A stretch of DNA of 64,000 nt from Nitrosopumilus sp. (lineage in GTDB: Archaea; Thermoproteota; Nitrososphaeria; Nitrososphaerales; Nitrosopumilaceae), in the NCBI GenBank assembly GCA_965205425.1, contig CBDBGZ010000004.1, positions 224,001 to 288,000 of the forward strand. The letters run 5' to 3'. The position numbers and the translations under genes were made by a program. Below the pieces are notes generated by a model that had not been told where the DNA came from, made no database searches, and saw only the letters and a list, made by a program, of their open reading frames with translations. Of the stretch, positions 50,501 to 60,575 are shown one piece after another (the first letter of the stretch is position 1; every line of letters begins with the position of its first letter).

Positions 50501-51406
50501 GGTGATTGTAAACCTATTACCACCAACTATTTTTGAGTAATTATTGGAAAAAACAATCAACATAATTGAGTTATCTAAAATAATTCACAACAAATCAACG
50601 GCATTGGAATTTCTCTGCAACCAATTCAAAAAGAAAAACACAATTCATTGTTCATCATGTAACTCTGAGAATTACTATATTATTTCAAGAGGGAAACTAA
50701 GATGCAAAGATTGCAAGACAGATTATAGACCGTTTGCTGGAACATGGTTTGATATCATCAACATTAATTTTACAAAATGGTTGGCCCTAGTCAAACTATT
50801 TGATCTTGGGATTAGTGCAAGACGTGCAGCTAGAGAAGCGGATGTCAGTTATCCAACTGCACTAAATGCTTTTGATTGTATTAGATATGCCATACTGTAT
50901 CATCTAGCAGAATCTGACAAGAAACTAAAAGGGAAAATTGAGGCTGACGAGGCGTATTTTGGAGGAAAAAGAAAGGGAAATCGTGGCAGAGGTGCCAAGA
51001 ACAAGACCATCGTATTTGGCATACTGGAAAGAAAGGGAAAAGTTCACGTTGAGATTGTAAACAACGTCAAAGCTAAAACTCTTCTTGCAAGCACCATCAA
51101 GAAAGTAAAGAAAGGAAGTATTGTGTATACGGACAAGTGGAAAGGATATGATTCTCTAATTTTCAATGGTTACAAGCATCTCTCAATAGACCACAGCAAA
51201 ATGTTTGGTAAAGGCGATGTTTACATAAATGGAATCGAAGGGTTTTGGAGTTTTGCAAAAGAGAACATGGCAAAGCATCACGGAGTAAGTCCAGGAAAGT
51301 TTTTGTTGTACATCAAAGAAATGGAATGGAGATACAACAACAGAGATGAGGATACTTTCTCATTATTGTTAGATTATGTGTTGGTGGTGAATAATTGATA
51401 ATCACC
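50501..51406 (+). mobile_element. IS1595-family copy 3
   Basis: TSD ATTTAATT at 50493-50500 and 51407-51414. Confidence 0.93.
50544..51398 (+). CDS. IS1595 transposase
   Basis: Protein identical to the other two copies. Confidence 0.95.
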   Translation: MEKTINIIELSKIIHNKSTALEFLCNQFKKKNTIHCSSCNSENYYIISRGKLRCKDCKTDYRPFAGTWFDIININFTKWLALVKLFDLGISARRAAREADVSYPTALNAFDCIRYAILYHLAESDKKLKGKIEADEAYFGGKRKGNRGRGAKNKTIVFGILERKGKVHVEIVNNVKAKTLLASTIKKVKKGSIVYTDKWKGYDSLIFNGYKHLSIDHSKMFGKGDVYINGIEGFWSFAKENMAKHHGVSPGKFLLYIKEMEWRYNNRDEDTFSLLLDYVLVVNN

Positions 51407-52192
51407 ATTTAATTTTTTAAAAAATTTATACAAATAGTAAGTGGTCAATCCACCAAGAATTAAAGTAATTATTAAAAATGGAATAAATAAATCAGATGTA
51501 GTTGTAATCAATTCACCAGAAGATAATGTGATATCAACAACATCTAAAGATTCTTCTTTCAATTTTTCAGGGATTTTAAATGCATCCAAATCCATTTCAG
51601 ATTCAGCAGTTGGAACAGGTGCCATAGTAGGTTGAGCAGATTCATCAGCAGCAAGAGATTTTGAGGATGCAAAATTTTGTGTAGAATCTTCAACAGACGA
51701 AAGTTCTCTACTATACATTGGTTCAGCAATTGGAATTTGAGTATTCTTTTGTATTTGAGATAATGAAAATAAGCCAGATAGTCCAGTTGCGATTCCAAAT
51801 CCTGTAACTTTGTAAATATGTCTAAAAGAACGAACTAGGAGTTTACTTTCTCTAGTTTTATCAGATAGTTTGGGGGGAACAATTACAAGACTAAATTTTG
51901 AAGCAGTGTAAATTTTCATATCCTGTGATTTTGAGTTTTTTTCAACTTTTGATATTTTGACAACCCCAAGATCTTGTAGTTTGTTAAGATGATATTTTAC
52001 CAGTTGTAGAGATACATCACTTTTTTGAGCAATCTGAGTAGCAGTCAAATCATCATTAAACAATAATTGAAGGATTTCACGGCTAGAATCATTTGTAAAT
52101 ATCTCACCAAAAGACTTTATCTTTTCATCATCAGTTGCAAGAATTTTGATATTTTCAGTCAAATCATCATTTGAAAATTCATCACTAGACAA
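51374..52192 (-). CDS. Membrane-anchored winged-HTH (ArsR-like) regulator
   Basis: SREILQLL...TATQIAQ..VSLQLVKYHLNKL; two hydrophobic segments. Confidence 0.8.
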   Translation of the reverse strand: MSSDEFSNDDLTENIKILATDDEKIKSFGEIFTNDSSREILQLLFNDDLTATQIAQKSDVSLQLVKYHLNKLQDLGVVKISKVEKNSKSQDMKIYTASKFSLVIVPPKLSDKTRESKLLVRSFRHIYKVTGFGIATGLSGLFSLSQIQKNTQIPIAEPMYSRELSSVEDSTQNFASSKSLAADESAQPTMAPVPTAESEMDLDAFKIPEKLKEESLDVVDITLSSGELITTTSDLFIPFLIITLILGGLTTYYLYKFFKKLNGDYQLFTTNT

Positions 52193-52338
52193 TAGAGTTG
52201 TTTATGAAAATCTAGTATATGTAAATTGTTTGGTAAAATTTGAATTTCACTAAACTTTTTATCTCAAACTACAAAATAATAGTAATCACTAAATGATAGA
52301 ATTTAAAAAAATGAATATCTAAAAAGTGGAGAAGAAAA

Positions 52339-54567
52339 ATGAGTCAAAAAATAACAATACCAATAGTAATTGCCATTTCGGTCATAGTCACAGCAGGAGT
52401 AATGTTTTCAGTAGGATTTGAAAACCAACCACAAATTACTCAAGCACCACAGACAGAAATTATCTATGTTGAGAAAACAGTTTCAGAATTTTTTGAAGGA
52501 ACAAATGACATTAAAAAAATATCATCACAGGAAGAGCTAAAAGACATACTTGAAACTTCATCATTACTTGAAGGAAATTTTTATAGAGATGGATTCATGA
52601 GAAGAGCTCAAACAGCAAGTCTTGAAGTTAGTGAAGATACAGCACTGATGGCAGTAGCTCCAATGTTAGAGATGGAGAAAAATACATCAGGAGGATCAGA
52701 CTATTCAACTACAAATGTTCAAGTCCAAAATGTAGATGAACCAGACTATCTCAAAAATGATTCAAAATATGTATACATTGTATCACAAAATACACTTTCA
52801 ATTATAGATGCATATCCTGCTGAATCTGCAAAATTAATTCTAAAAATTGCACTAGACATTGAATCGCAATACATTCAAAACATATTCCTAAATGACGACA
52901 GATTGGTAATATTTTACAATGGACAAAGCGATGATGAAATAATTCCACAGTATGACTTTATTCCAAGACGTTCGTACAGTTCTGTCACACATGCATTAAT
53001 TGTAGATGTATCAGACAAGGAACATCCTACAATACTCAAAGATTATTCCATTGATGGTCATTTCAGGGATGCACGAATGATTGGAGATTATGCATACTTT
53101 GTAACAAACAGCAATGTAGACCATCAATATCCGAAACTACCAGTAATTATGGAGGGTTCAAGGATAATTGCAACACCTAATGCATTTTACTTTGATAATG
53201 TAGAACAATTTTCAAACTTTAACACATTAACTGCGATTGATATTTTTGGAGACAAAATAAGTTCTGAATCATTCCTAATGGGATATTCTGGGACATTTTA
53301 TGTATCTAAAGATAACTTTTATCTAACATATCAACAAAATATGCCATTTGGATTTTATGAAAATTCATCTAGGGACAGATTTTTTGATGTAGTAGTACCA
53401 CTATTGCCAAATAGCATACAGGAACAAATCAAAGAAATACAAAATGATTCTTCAATTAATGCTACAACACAATGGTTAAAAATTTCAGAACTAATGCAAA
53501 ATTCTTACAATCAGTTGGATAAAGATGACAAAGAAAAACAATTTGAAATAATTAGAGAAGCATTAAACGAATATGACGCCAAAATTCAAGAAGACACAAG
53601 AAAAACAATAATTCACAAAATTTCAATCGATGAAGATAAAATTGAATATGCTGCAAAAGGTTCTGTTCCAGGTAGACTACTAAACCAATTCTCAATGGAT
53701 GAAAATGAGGATAGATTCAGAGTTGCAACAACTACAGAATATTATATTCAACATCAAGGTACAGTAAGGGCTAATGCAGTCTATGTTCTTGATGAACAAC
53801 TAAACATTGTTGGAGAACTAGATGAAATTGCTCCAGATGAGAGCATTTTCTCGGCACGATTCATGGGTGATAGGCTATACTTGGTCACATTCCAGCAAAT
53901 TGACCCATTCTTTGTTATTGACTTGTCATCTGACACCCCAAAAATTCTAGGAGAATTGAAAATTCCAGGATTTTCAAATTATTTACACCCATATGATGAT
54001 GAACATGTTATTGGCTTTGGTAGAGATACAAAAGAAATAGATAATGGTAGAGTCCAACAACTAGGAATCAAAATTGCATTGTTCAACGTAGCAGATGTAA
54101 ATAATCCCAAAGTTGCAGATGACATCATAGTTGGAGATAGTTCAACTCATTCAGAGGCATTACATAATCACAAGGCATTCTTCTTTGACAAAAAAAGGAA
54201 CATATTATCAGTTCCAATTAGCGGAGATACTGAAAGTCTAAATGGGATTTCAAGTTCCAAAATAGGATTTGCATCAGATTATAACCGTTGGAGTGGATTC
54301 TATGTATTTGACGTAGATACCTCAACAGGATTTAGTCTCAAAGGAACAGTAACTCACTCTGCTGAAGATACACGTTATTATGGAATGGGCAATGCAAGAA
54401 CATTCTACATAGATGATGTTTTGTATACAGCATCTAAAGAATTTTTGAAGATGAACTCTATGAGTAGTTTGGAAGAAATTAATTCAATAAAACTTGAAAA
54501 CACTGGAAAATTTATCGAGTACATGGATGAAGGAATAATTCGTGAAGCTATACCAGATGGACAATAG
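52339..54567 (+). CDS. Membrane-anchored beta-propeller-domain protein
   Basis: YSTTNVQVQNVDEPD, LLNQFSMDE, VTFQQIDPFFVIDLS, GELKIPGFSNYLHP. Confidence 0.88.
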   Translation: MSQKITIPIVIAISVIVTAGVMFSVGFENQPQITQAPQTEIIYVEKTVSEFFEGTNDIKKISSQEELKDILETSSLLEGNFYRDGFMRRAQTASLEVSEDTALMAVAPMLEMEKNTSGGSDYSTTNVQVQNVDEPDYLKNDSKYVYIVSQNTLSIIDAYPAESAKLILKIALDIESQYIQNIFLNDDRLVIFYNGQSDDEIIPQYDFIPRRSYSSVTHALIVDVSDKEHPTILKDYSIDGHFRDARMIGDYAYFVTNSNVDHQYPKLPVIMEGSRIIATPNAFYFDNVEQFSNFNTLTAIDIFGDKISSESFLMGYSGTFYVSKDNFYLTYQQNMPFGFYENSSRDRFFDVVVPLLPNSIQEQIKEIQNDSSINATTQWLKISELMQNSYNQLDKDDKEKQFEIIREALNEYDAKIQEDTRKTIIHKISIDEDKIEYAAKGSVPGRLLNQFSMDENEDRFRVATTTEYYIQHQGTVRANAVYVLDEQLNIVGELDEIAPDESIFSARFMGDRLYLVTFQQIDPFFVIDLSSDTPKILGELKIPGFSNYLHPYDDEHVIGFGRDTKEIDNGRVQQLGIKIALFNVADVNNPKVADDIIVGDSSTHSEALHNHKAFFFDKKRNILSVPISGDTESLNGISSSKIGFASDYNRWSGFYVFDVDTSTGFSLKGTVTHSAEDTRYYGMGNARTFYIDDVLYTASKEFLKMNSMSSLEEINSIKLENTGKFIEYMDEGIIREAIPDGQ

Positions 54568-55225
54568 TTGAAACACCACGTCTATCAAATTCTACATCAT
54601 TTTCAATTTCACTTAGAGTCACAGTAAATGAAATAACATCACGAGGTTTTGCATTTTCGGCATGAAGTTTCAAATGTATATCTAACATTTCAGATTCTTG
54701 TGTAGGTAAGTTTTTCTCATCCAGTGAAGCACCACATGTAGATTCAATTCTAAATCTATCATCTTTAAAATGAAATCCAAGTTTTATTTTCCTTCCTTTT
54801 CTTCCAGAGCCTTTAACATTTACGTCAATTATTCCAGGTTTTGTTTCAGTATATCCAGATTTTTGATTTACAAAAACACCTATTTCAAGAGGTTTTCCTG
54901 CAGTAGACTCGGCCATCTTTTGAATTCCATCATTCATTACAACATCTACTGCTTTGATAGAGATTGCAACTTTGGCTATCCAATCATTAGTACGTGTGAT
55001 GGTAGCACGAATCCCTGCCCGTCTTCTTTTATCTTCATCTTCAGGTAATTTGTAATAATCAACCCAGGCCTCATAATCATGGGAAATATCCTCAATAAAA
55101 TCAATACAAGTTCTCTTGTAATCATCAACATTGTCAGTTCTAAGTGAAGCGTCATCTGTCCTCATCCCATCAAAATCCATAGGCATTGCCATACTATGAT
55201 CTGATTGAAGTTCTAAAAAAACCAA
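54548..55225 (-). CDS. Hypothetical protein
   Basis: Long ORF; true start probably MAMPM. Confidence 0.7.
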   Translation of the reverse strand: MVFLELQSDHSMAMPMDFDGMRTDDASLRTDNVDDYKRTCIDFIEDISHDYEAWVDYYKLPEDEDKRRRAGIRATITRTNDWIAKVAISIKAVDVVMNDGIQKMAESTAGKPLEIGVFVNQKSGYTETKPGIIDVNVKGSGRKGRKIKLGFHFKDDRFRIESTCGASLDEKNLPTQESEMLDIHLKLHAENAKPRDVISFTVTLSEIENDVEFDRRGVSTIVHLV

Positions 55226-55273
55226 TCTTGAGAGAAATTAATGAATATAATAGGAATTTTCCAATAATTAATC

Positions 55274-55753
55274 ATGGTATTTTCAGAATTAGTAGATGAT
55301 TTACAATTACAACTAAAAAAAGACCTTGCACAAATTAGATTTCTTTTAAAGAAAAATCCAGCAATGGCATATACTAGAATTGTAGAAATTGGAAAAGAAG
55401 TTGGCAAAAAATACAATATCAAATTAATTGTAAATTTTCCAAAACAAGGAAAAATAGAAGAATTTGAAAAATATGGAAAAAGAGATTTGAGTTTAATTAT
55501 TGACTATGATAAGAAAAGATTTCCCATAGATAGAGAGATAATCAAACAAAAAGCAATTGAAATGCTAGGAGATGTAAAAACTGAAGATGCCTACATGTAT
55601 GAAAACAAAGAAGGAGTCAGAGTATTTACAGATAATTGGAAAATAGACATCTTACCTCATTCAGTTCACATTTGGACTGATTTTGATGATAATGTCACAG
55701 CATTTTGTAATTGGTTAATGGAAAATGCATATGAAATGAAAAAGAAGACTTGA
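55274..55753 (+). CDS. Hypothetical protein
   Basis: ORF with host-like composition. Confidence 0.75.
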   Translation: MVFSELVDDLQLQLKKDLAQIRFLLKKNPAMAYTRIVEIGKEVGKKYNIKLIVNFPKQGKIEEFEKYGKRDLSLIIDYDKKRFPIDREIIKQKAIEMLGDVKTEDAYMYENKEGVRVFTDNWKIDILPHSVHIWTDFDDNVTAFCNWLMENAYEMKKKT

Positions 55754-55762
55754 TTTCAAAAA

Positions 55763-56122
55763 TTATAGACTTTTAAGTTTTTCAAGTAAATCTTGAGCTT
55801 CAAGATTTTTTGGTTGAAGTTTAACTACTAGTTTACAACATTCAATTGCTTCATTTTTTTGCTCCAATGCTAAATGTACATTAGTTTTCAAAGTTAATGT
55901 CTCAATATCATCATTATCTAATTCAAATGCTTTTTCAAAATAGGGCAATGCTTTTTTTGCATCATCAACAATAAAGAAGGCACTTCCTAAAATAAACATA
56001 AAATCATGATCGTTAGAATATTCAGATTCTAAATTGAGACTAAATTTTATTGCCTCATCATATTCACCATCTCTGAGAAGTTTTTTGATATGACGTTTTG
56101 GTTTATTGAAAAGACCAACCAT
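55763..56122 (-). CDS. TPR protein
   Basis: A..YFEKAFELD, A.ECC..VVKLQPKN.EA. Confidence 0.85.
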   Translation of the reverse strand: MVGLFNKPKRHIKKLLRDGEYDEAIKFSLNLESEYSNDHDFMFILGSAFFIVDDAKKALPYFEKAFELDNDDIETLTLKTNVHLALEQKNEAIECCKLVVKLQPKNLEAQDLLEKLKSL

Positions 56123-56171
56123 AGTAAATCATAATTTTTAATGAATATTCACAATTTGAATGTAGACCAGA

Positions 56172-57650
56172 TTAGGAGGATACACTCATGATTCCTTCTT
56201 CAATAAGAAATTGAATTCCGCCAATAAAGGATTCATCATCTATTATACCATCAGCCCACCATCCGGCATTATTCTTTATCCAAGATGGGATTTCATTATT
56301 TCCACCAGAAGAGCCTTGAGAAGTTGGAGGGATTTTCACAATACCTTCTTGAATCAAAAATTGAATTCCCTGAACGAATGAGCCATCATCGATTGCCCCA
56401 TCAGCCCACCATCCAGCATTATTCTTTATCCAAGATGGGATTTCTTGGGTTGAGACAGGATCAGGGACAAAGATAGTAGTTGTTCCATCATTAGCATAAA
56501 TTGGAGCTGAAACTTCTAGATAATCAGATGCAACGTTTGGGACAATACCTTTAGGTGCCAAACCATAAACCCAGATAACATAGTTTGCTGTGCCAGGTTC
56601 TTCTTTAATAATAAAATCAAGGATTGCCTGCCCAGATGGAGAATAAAGGAAATCTGTACCTTCCTCTTGAGCAATGGATCTTAATGGAGTTAAATTGTCA
56701 TCGACAACAAGGAAATCATATTGGACTTGATTTAGAAATTCAGTATCATCATATTTACTGATAAATTTGATGAGCCACTGAGCTTCACATCCTTGAACTA
56801 AATCCTCAGGCCCATAGAAAATATGAATTTGATAATCAAAGTTGTTTGTAGGTTTTTTAATACTCATTGATTTTTCAAAGTCTGTTTCACATCCAGCTGC
56901 GGCAGAATCTTCATCGGTTGAGGTGTATTGTGCAATTGGAGAGTCTTGAACATTTTCTTTATAGTCTAATAAAACAAATTCATATTCGGTTGGCGGAATT
57001 CCTTCTGAAACATGAGTATATGTTTTAGCTTTTACTGGAAATGGAAAATCATCCACAATCCAAACCTTGCTTGTGACACCACCTGTTTTCCATCCAACTT
57101 GAACGGTTTCCCAGGTTCCTGTAGATGTAACAACTGATTCAATGACCATTGGAACTACCTGTTCGCCACCAATATTTCCAATCTTACCCCATGATTTGTC
57201 TGCAAATTTCTTTGGACCTTTTCCACCAGAACTATCATCAGAAGTTGCAAATGCAGATAACCATACTACAGAGGATTTGAATGCACTACGATATTTACCT
57301 AATTCTTCACTACCACCAGTTGGTTCTAGTGCAATTTTTCCAAGTTCTATTTCACCTACAATTATTTTATTTCCATCAAATACTGCAACTTCAGCTAACC
57401 ACTGAGTTTCACTACCAACTTGCTTGTCTCCCTTAATCCACATATCCAATTCAAAATTGGTACATTCCTTGTAATATACATGACACATAGAATAAGAAAA
57501 GAAGTCACCTTGTTTGAGGCCTTCACCAGCATGCCATTCACCAGGATGATCAACCCCCCCAGCTTGTAATTGAGCAAAAGCAGACGGAGCTGCCAATGAA
57601 CCAAACAATAGTGCAGTAATAGCAGTAATTAGTAATAATGATCCTTTCAA
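56172..57650 (-). CDS. Secreted protein with two C-terminal IPSWIKNNAGWWADG repeats
   Basis: Signal peptide; duplicated motif typical of Nitrosopumilaceae surface proteins. Confidence 0.85.
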   Translation of the reverse strand: MKGSLLLITAITALLFGSLAAPSAFAQLQAGGVDHPGEWHAGEGLKQGDFFSYSMCHVYYKECTNFELDMWIKGDKQVGSETQWLAEVAVFDGNKIIVGEIELGKIALEPTGGSEELGKYRSAFKSSVVWLSAFATSDDSSGGKGPKKFADKSWGKIGNIGGEQVVPMVIESVVTSTGTWETVQVGWKTGGVTSKVWIVDDFPFPVKAKTYTHVSEGIPPTEYEFVLLDYKENVQDSPIAQYTSTDEDSAAAGCETDFEKSMSIKKPTNNFDYQIHIFYGPEDLVQGCEAQWLIKFISKYDDTEFLNQVQYDFLVVDDNLTPLRSIAQEEGTDFLYSPSGQAILDFIIKEEPGTANYVIWVYGLAPKGIVPNVASDYLEVSAPIYANDGTTTIFVPDPVSTQEIPSWIKNNAGWWADGAIDDGSFVQGIQFLIQEGIVKIPPTSQGSSGGNNEIPSWIKNNAGWWADGIIDDESFIGGIQFLIEEGIMSVSS

Positions 57651-57775
57651 ATCTGAAAAAAATTGGCAAAACAGATAGTTAAACGTTATTCAATAATGTA
57701 AAAAATGAGAAAAACTAGGAGTAAAATCTTGTTCAAATAAGCAAATATAGAGGAATAAGTACAGAAATTCCAGAA

Positions 57776-57943
57776 ATGTGTGAATGCTCAAAAGTTCACT
57801 TGTTTGAAGTAGAATTCAAACTGGATGGAATGACTGTAGTTCCTACTCACAAGAACTGTGGGTTTGGATTAGATGAAAAACAAGCAGACAAGTTCCAAAA
57901 AGAGTTAGTAAAATCATGGGGCTTTGAGGAAGAAGAAGATTAA
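57776..57943 (+). CDS. 55-aa Cys/His small protein
   Basis: MCECSKVHLFEVEFKLDGMTVVPTHKNCGFGLDEKQADKFQKELVKSWGFEEEED (manual translation). Confidence 0.7.
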   Translation: MCECSKVHLFEVEFKLDGMTVVPTHKNCGFGLDEKQADKFQKELVKSWGFEEEED

Positions 57944-57979
57944 TCAAAAAATAAAAAATTAGTATTGGAGAAAATCCAA

Positions 57980-58123
57980 TTACATATCTTTAGTTGCTTC
58001 TTTACAAACGTCGGTATTACATTTGCAATCAGAACTGCATATACAATGACCTTGCATTGCACAATCACATGAGTAATCTGGATCGCCGCTGTCAGCTTCG
58101 CATCCACATGCTTGATCTACCAT
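57980..58123 (-). CDS. 47-aa metallothionein-like Cys-rich peptide
   Basis: MVDQACGCEADSGDPDYSCDCAMQGHCICSSDCKCNTDVCKEATKDM; 9 Cys, four CxC; TTTTAAAA upstream. Confidence 0.7.
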   Translation of the reverse strand: MVDQACGCEADSGDPDYSCDCAMQGHCICSSDCKCNTDVCKEATKDM

Positions 58124-58176
58124 AGTAAACTAGAGATTTTACTTATTTTAAAAGGTTAGTACATCCAGATAAAATA

Positions 58177-59061
58177 TTACGCACTTGAAAGAATCTCAAG
58201 AATTTCATTACAAGATTTTTGCACAAGTTCTGATTGTTGCTGAAGAAGATTAGAATCAGCCTCAACATCAAAGGCGATTTTCAGAATATGGATAAGGTCT
58301 TGTTTATGATTTAATATATCCTTGATTTTCACAAAGTTTTCTTTGTTTACATATCCAAGATAAAAATAGCAATCAGAAAGCATTGAGTTTTTTACAAAGA
58401 AATCATGTTTTTGTTGAATAATTTGAGAGTGATTATTTTTTTCTACTAAATCAGAAAATCCTATTGTAGATTTCAATATTCTTTCAAGTAATGTAGGAGT
58501 GGCTCGTTCGATACCAACAGTCTGAGTTACAATAGAAATATGTTCATTAATGATATTTTTTTCTAGTTTTCGAAGTTGATCAAGCATATGTGAAGGACTT
58601 GAACGTTGATGGTTAATTGAAGAAATAGCATTTGCAAGATAATAACTTGCACATTTTTGCCAACAAGGTGCAAATACATCAGAAGACTCGATAGATTCTT
58701 TTGTTTTTTGACAACAAAATTGTGATTCAATCAAACAATTTTTTGCAAAATCAGAGTGCAAGGATGTATATTTTTCACGAATTTTGGAAAGTAACATTTG
58801 TAAATCCCAAGATTCATCATTAATAATTTGTGTTTGGTCATAAAGTAAAAGTTTATCAGAACGAGTTTCTTTCAAAGATGCATGGTGAATAATTACAAAA
58901 TTTTCTTCATATTGGATAATTTTTGATTCTTCAGATTTATCATCAAAAACAAAAAGATCATAATCACATGAATCAAAAAACAGATCAGAAGTCCTGCAGC
59001 CACCTAATCCAACAGGAAACGAAGATAATCCATTTTGTGCAATGAATTTTTTGATATCCAT
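58177..59061 (-). CDS. Hypothetical protein with nucleotidyltransferase-like N-terminus
   Basis: GLGGCR....SCDYDLFVF. Confidence 0.7.
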   Translation of the reverse strand: MDIKKFIAQNGLSSFPVGLGGCRTSDLFFDSCDYDLFVFDDKSEESKIIQYEENFVIIHHASLKETRSDKLLLYDQTQIINDESWDLQMLLSKIREKYTSLHSDFAKNCLIESQFCCQKTKESIESSDVFAPCWQKCASYYLANAISSINHQRSSPSHMLDQLRKLEKNIINEHISIVTQTVGIERATPTLLERILKSTIGFSDLVEKNNHSQIIQQKHDFFVKNSMLSDCYFYLGYVNKENFVKIKDILNHKQDLIHILKIAFDVEADSNLLQQQSELVQKSCNEILEILSSA

Positions 59062-59173
59062 GTTATTTGGTAACTGTGATTTTTCTATAAAGGAATTAAC
59101 TCACAAAGTTTTACAAATTCATTCAAAGTCAAAACATTTCCTTTAAATTGAGATTGGATTTGTTTTTTATCAA

Positions 59174-59248
59174 GCTCCTATAGTGTAGTCTGGTTAAGCA
59201 TTTTGGCTTCTCAAGCCAAAGACTCGGGTTCAAATCCCGATGGGAGCA
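59174..59248 (+). tRNA. tRNA-Glu(CTC)
   Basis: GCTCCTA/TGGGAGC stem, TTGGC-TTCTCAA-GCCAA anticodon arm, GTTCAAATC. Confidence 0.95.
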
Positions 59249-59302
59249 TTACACATTTGGTGCAATACCCAGATTAAAATGGGTCAAATATACAAAATAA
59301 TC

Positions 59303-59434
59303 ATGAAAGCCAGATTTAATGGAAAATGTGTTGAATGCGGAGATGTCATTAAAACAGGTAAAGAAATTCTAAAGAATTCTAAAGATCAGTGGGTTCACAA
59401 AGCATGTTGTGATTTAGAAGAAGAATTGCCATAG
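59303..59434 (+). CDS. 43-aa zinc-binding peptide
   Basis: MKARFNGKCVECG..I..G......WVHKAC. Confidence 0.7.
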   Translation: MKARFNGKCVECGDVIKTGKEILKNSKDQWVHKACCDLEEELP

Positions 59435-59487
59435 ATGGATGAAATAGTAATAAATTTTTTAAATGACTTTATATTTCATAAAATGAA

Positions 59488-59910
59488 ATGGATACAAAAT
59501 CAAATATTTCGTTAATGGTATCAATTATGACCGTATTTGGCATAATGATGATTCCAGGAGATGTCTCAGCAACATCAAACCAAATTACGGTGACTCCAAT
59601 TAATGAAGAAATTAGTTTAGAGAAAACTATCACCATAATGAGTGTTCCACAAGATAACAAACTCCCATGGGGAACTGTAAGAGGAGAAGCTTCAGACATT
59701 GCTGAAAGATACCCAGTTATTATTCAAATGTACAAAGGAGACGATCCAATTCACTTTGCACAAGTGGATGTGAAAGGAGATGGCTCATACGAGTACAAAT
59801 TTAGAGTTAGAAGTTTAGATTCCAATACAGGTGAATTTGTAAATATCTTCCAGGGAGATTACACTGTAAAAATTTACAAGGTAATTCCAAATACTAATAA
59901 TTTAGTATAA
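59488..59910 (+). CDS. Secreted hypothetical beta-rich protein
   Basis: Signal peptide; DGSYEYKF, GDYTVKI. Confidence 0.75.
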   Translation: MDTKSNISLMVSIMTVFGIMMIPGDVSATSNQITVTPINEEISLEKTITIMSVPQDNKLPWGTVRGEASDIAERYPVIIQMYKGDDPIHFAQVDVKGDGSYEYKFRVRSLDSNTGEFVNIFQGDYTVKIYKVIPNTNNLV

Positions 59911-60480
59911 TCAATAAGGAGTTCCAGATTCTCTTTGTTTTGCCAAAGCAGATACATACCATTCAAACTCTTCTAAGAATCTAGCAATTCTTCTATTGTA
60001 ATTTTTATCGAGTAATTTTCCATCATCATCAAAAACTTTATGAACCTTTGAAATAGGAAATTGTGAAGAAATTGCCAAAGTTCCCATTTCTGCTAAAATT
60101 TGACGAAGATGATTTCCTGCAGTAGCACCTCCAAACGAACCAACAGAATATGACACTATTGCAGAAGGTTTGAAAAAATATTCTTCTAAAAAATAATCTA
60201 AAGTGTTTTTTAATGCTGAAGATACACTATGGTTGTATTCAGGAGTTATAGGAACATATCCATCTGCGTCTTTGAGAATTTTTTGCAGTTTTTGTAGTTT
60301 TTCAGGAGGAGAATTCATCTCTTTGTACATTTTATCAAGTAAGGGTAATTCTAATTCGATAGGATCTACAAGGGATACATCATGTCCTTTCTCTTCAAGT
60401 TTTGAAACAATCCATTTTGCCACTTTAATTCCATTTCTTTCAGATCGTACAGAGCCAACTATAACTACAATTTTTGCCAT
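59911..60480 (-). CDS. NADPH-dependent FMN reductase
   Basis: GSVR, TPEYNHS...LKN.LD. Confidence 0.92.
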   Translation of the reverse strand: MAKIVVIVGSVRSERNGIKVAKWIVSKLEEKGHDVSLVDPIELELPLLDKMYKEMNSPPEKLQKLQKILKDADGYVPITPEYNHSVSSALKNTLDYFLEEYFFKPSAIVSYSVGSFGGATAGNHLRQILAEMGTLAISSQFPISKVHKVFDDDGKLLDKNYNRRIARFLEEFEWYVSALAKQRESGTPY

Positions 60481-60575
60481 AAAAAATTCACAATAAAACA
60501 AGATAAAAAATTTTTACTAAATTCAAATAATTTCATAGAATTCATATACTGAATATCCAAACGAAGAGCTAGAAA

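Noticed and set aside
905..51406. RNA-guided systems (TnpB/IscB, IS110 bridge RNA), retrons or DGRs
   Set aside because: All transposases seen are DDE types; no RuvC, DEDD or reverse-transcriptase motifs found.
56172..56450. IPSWIKNNAGWWADG duplication as a novel repeat
   Set aside because: Common C-terminal motif of Nitrosopumilaceae secreted proteins.
59240..59302. 5' extension of ORF 59240-59434
   Set aside because: Overlaps tRNA-Glu; ATG 59303 is more plausible.
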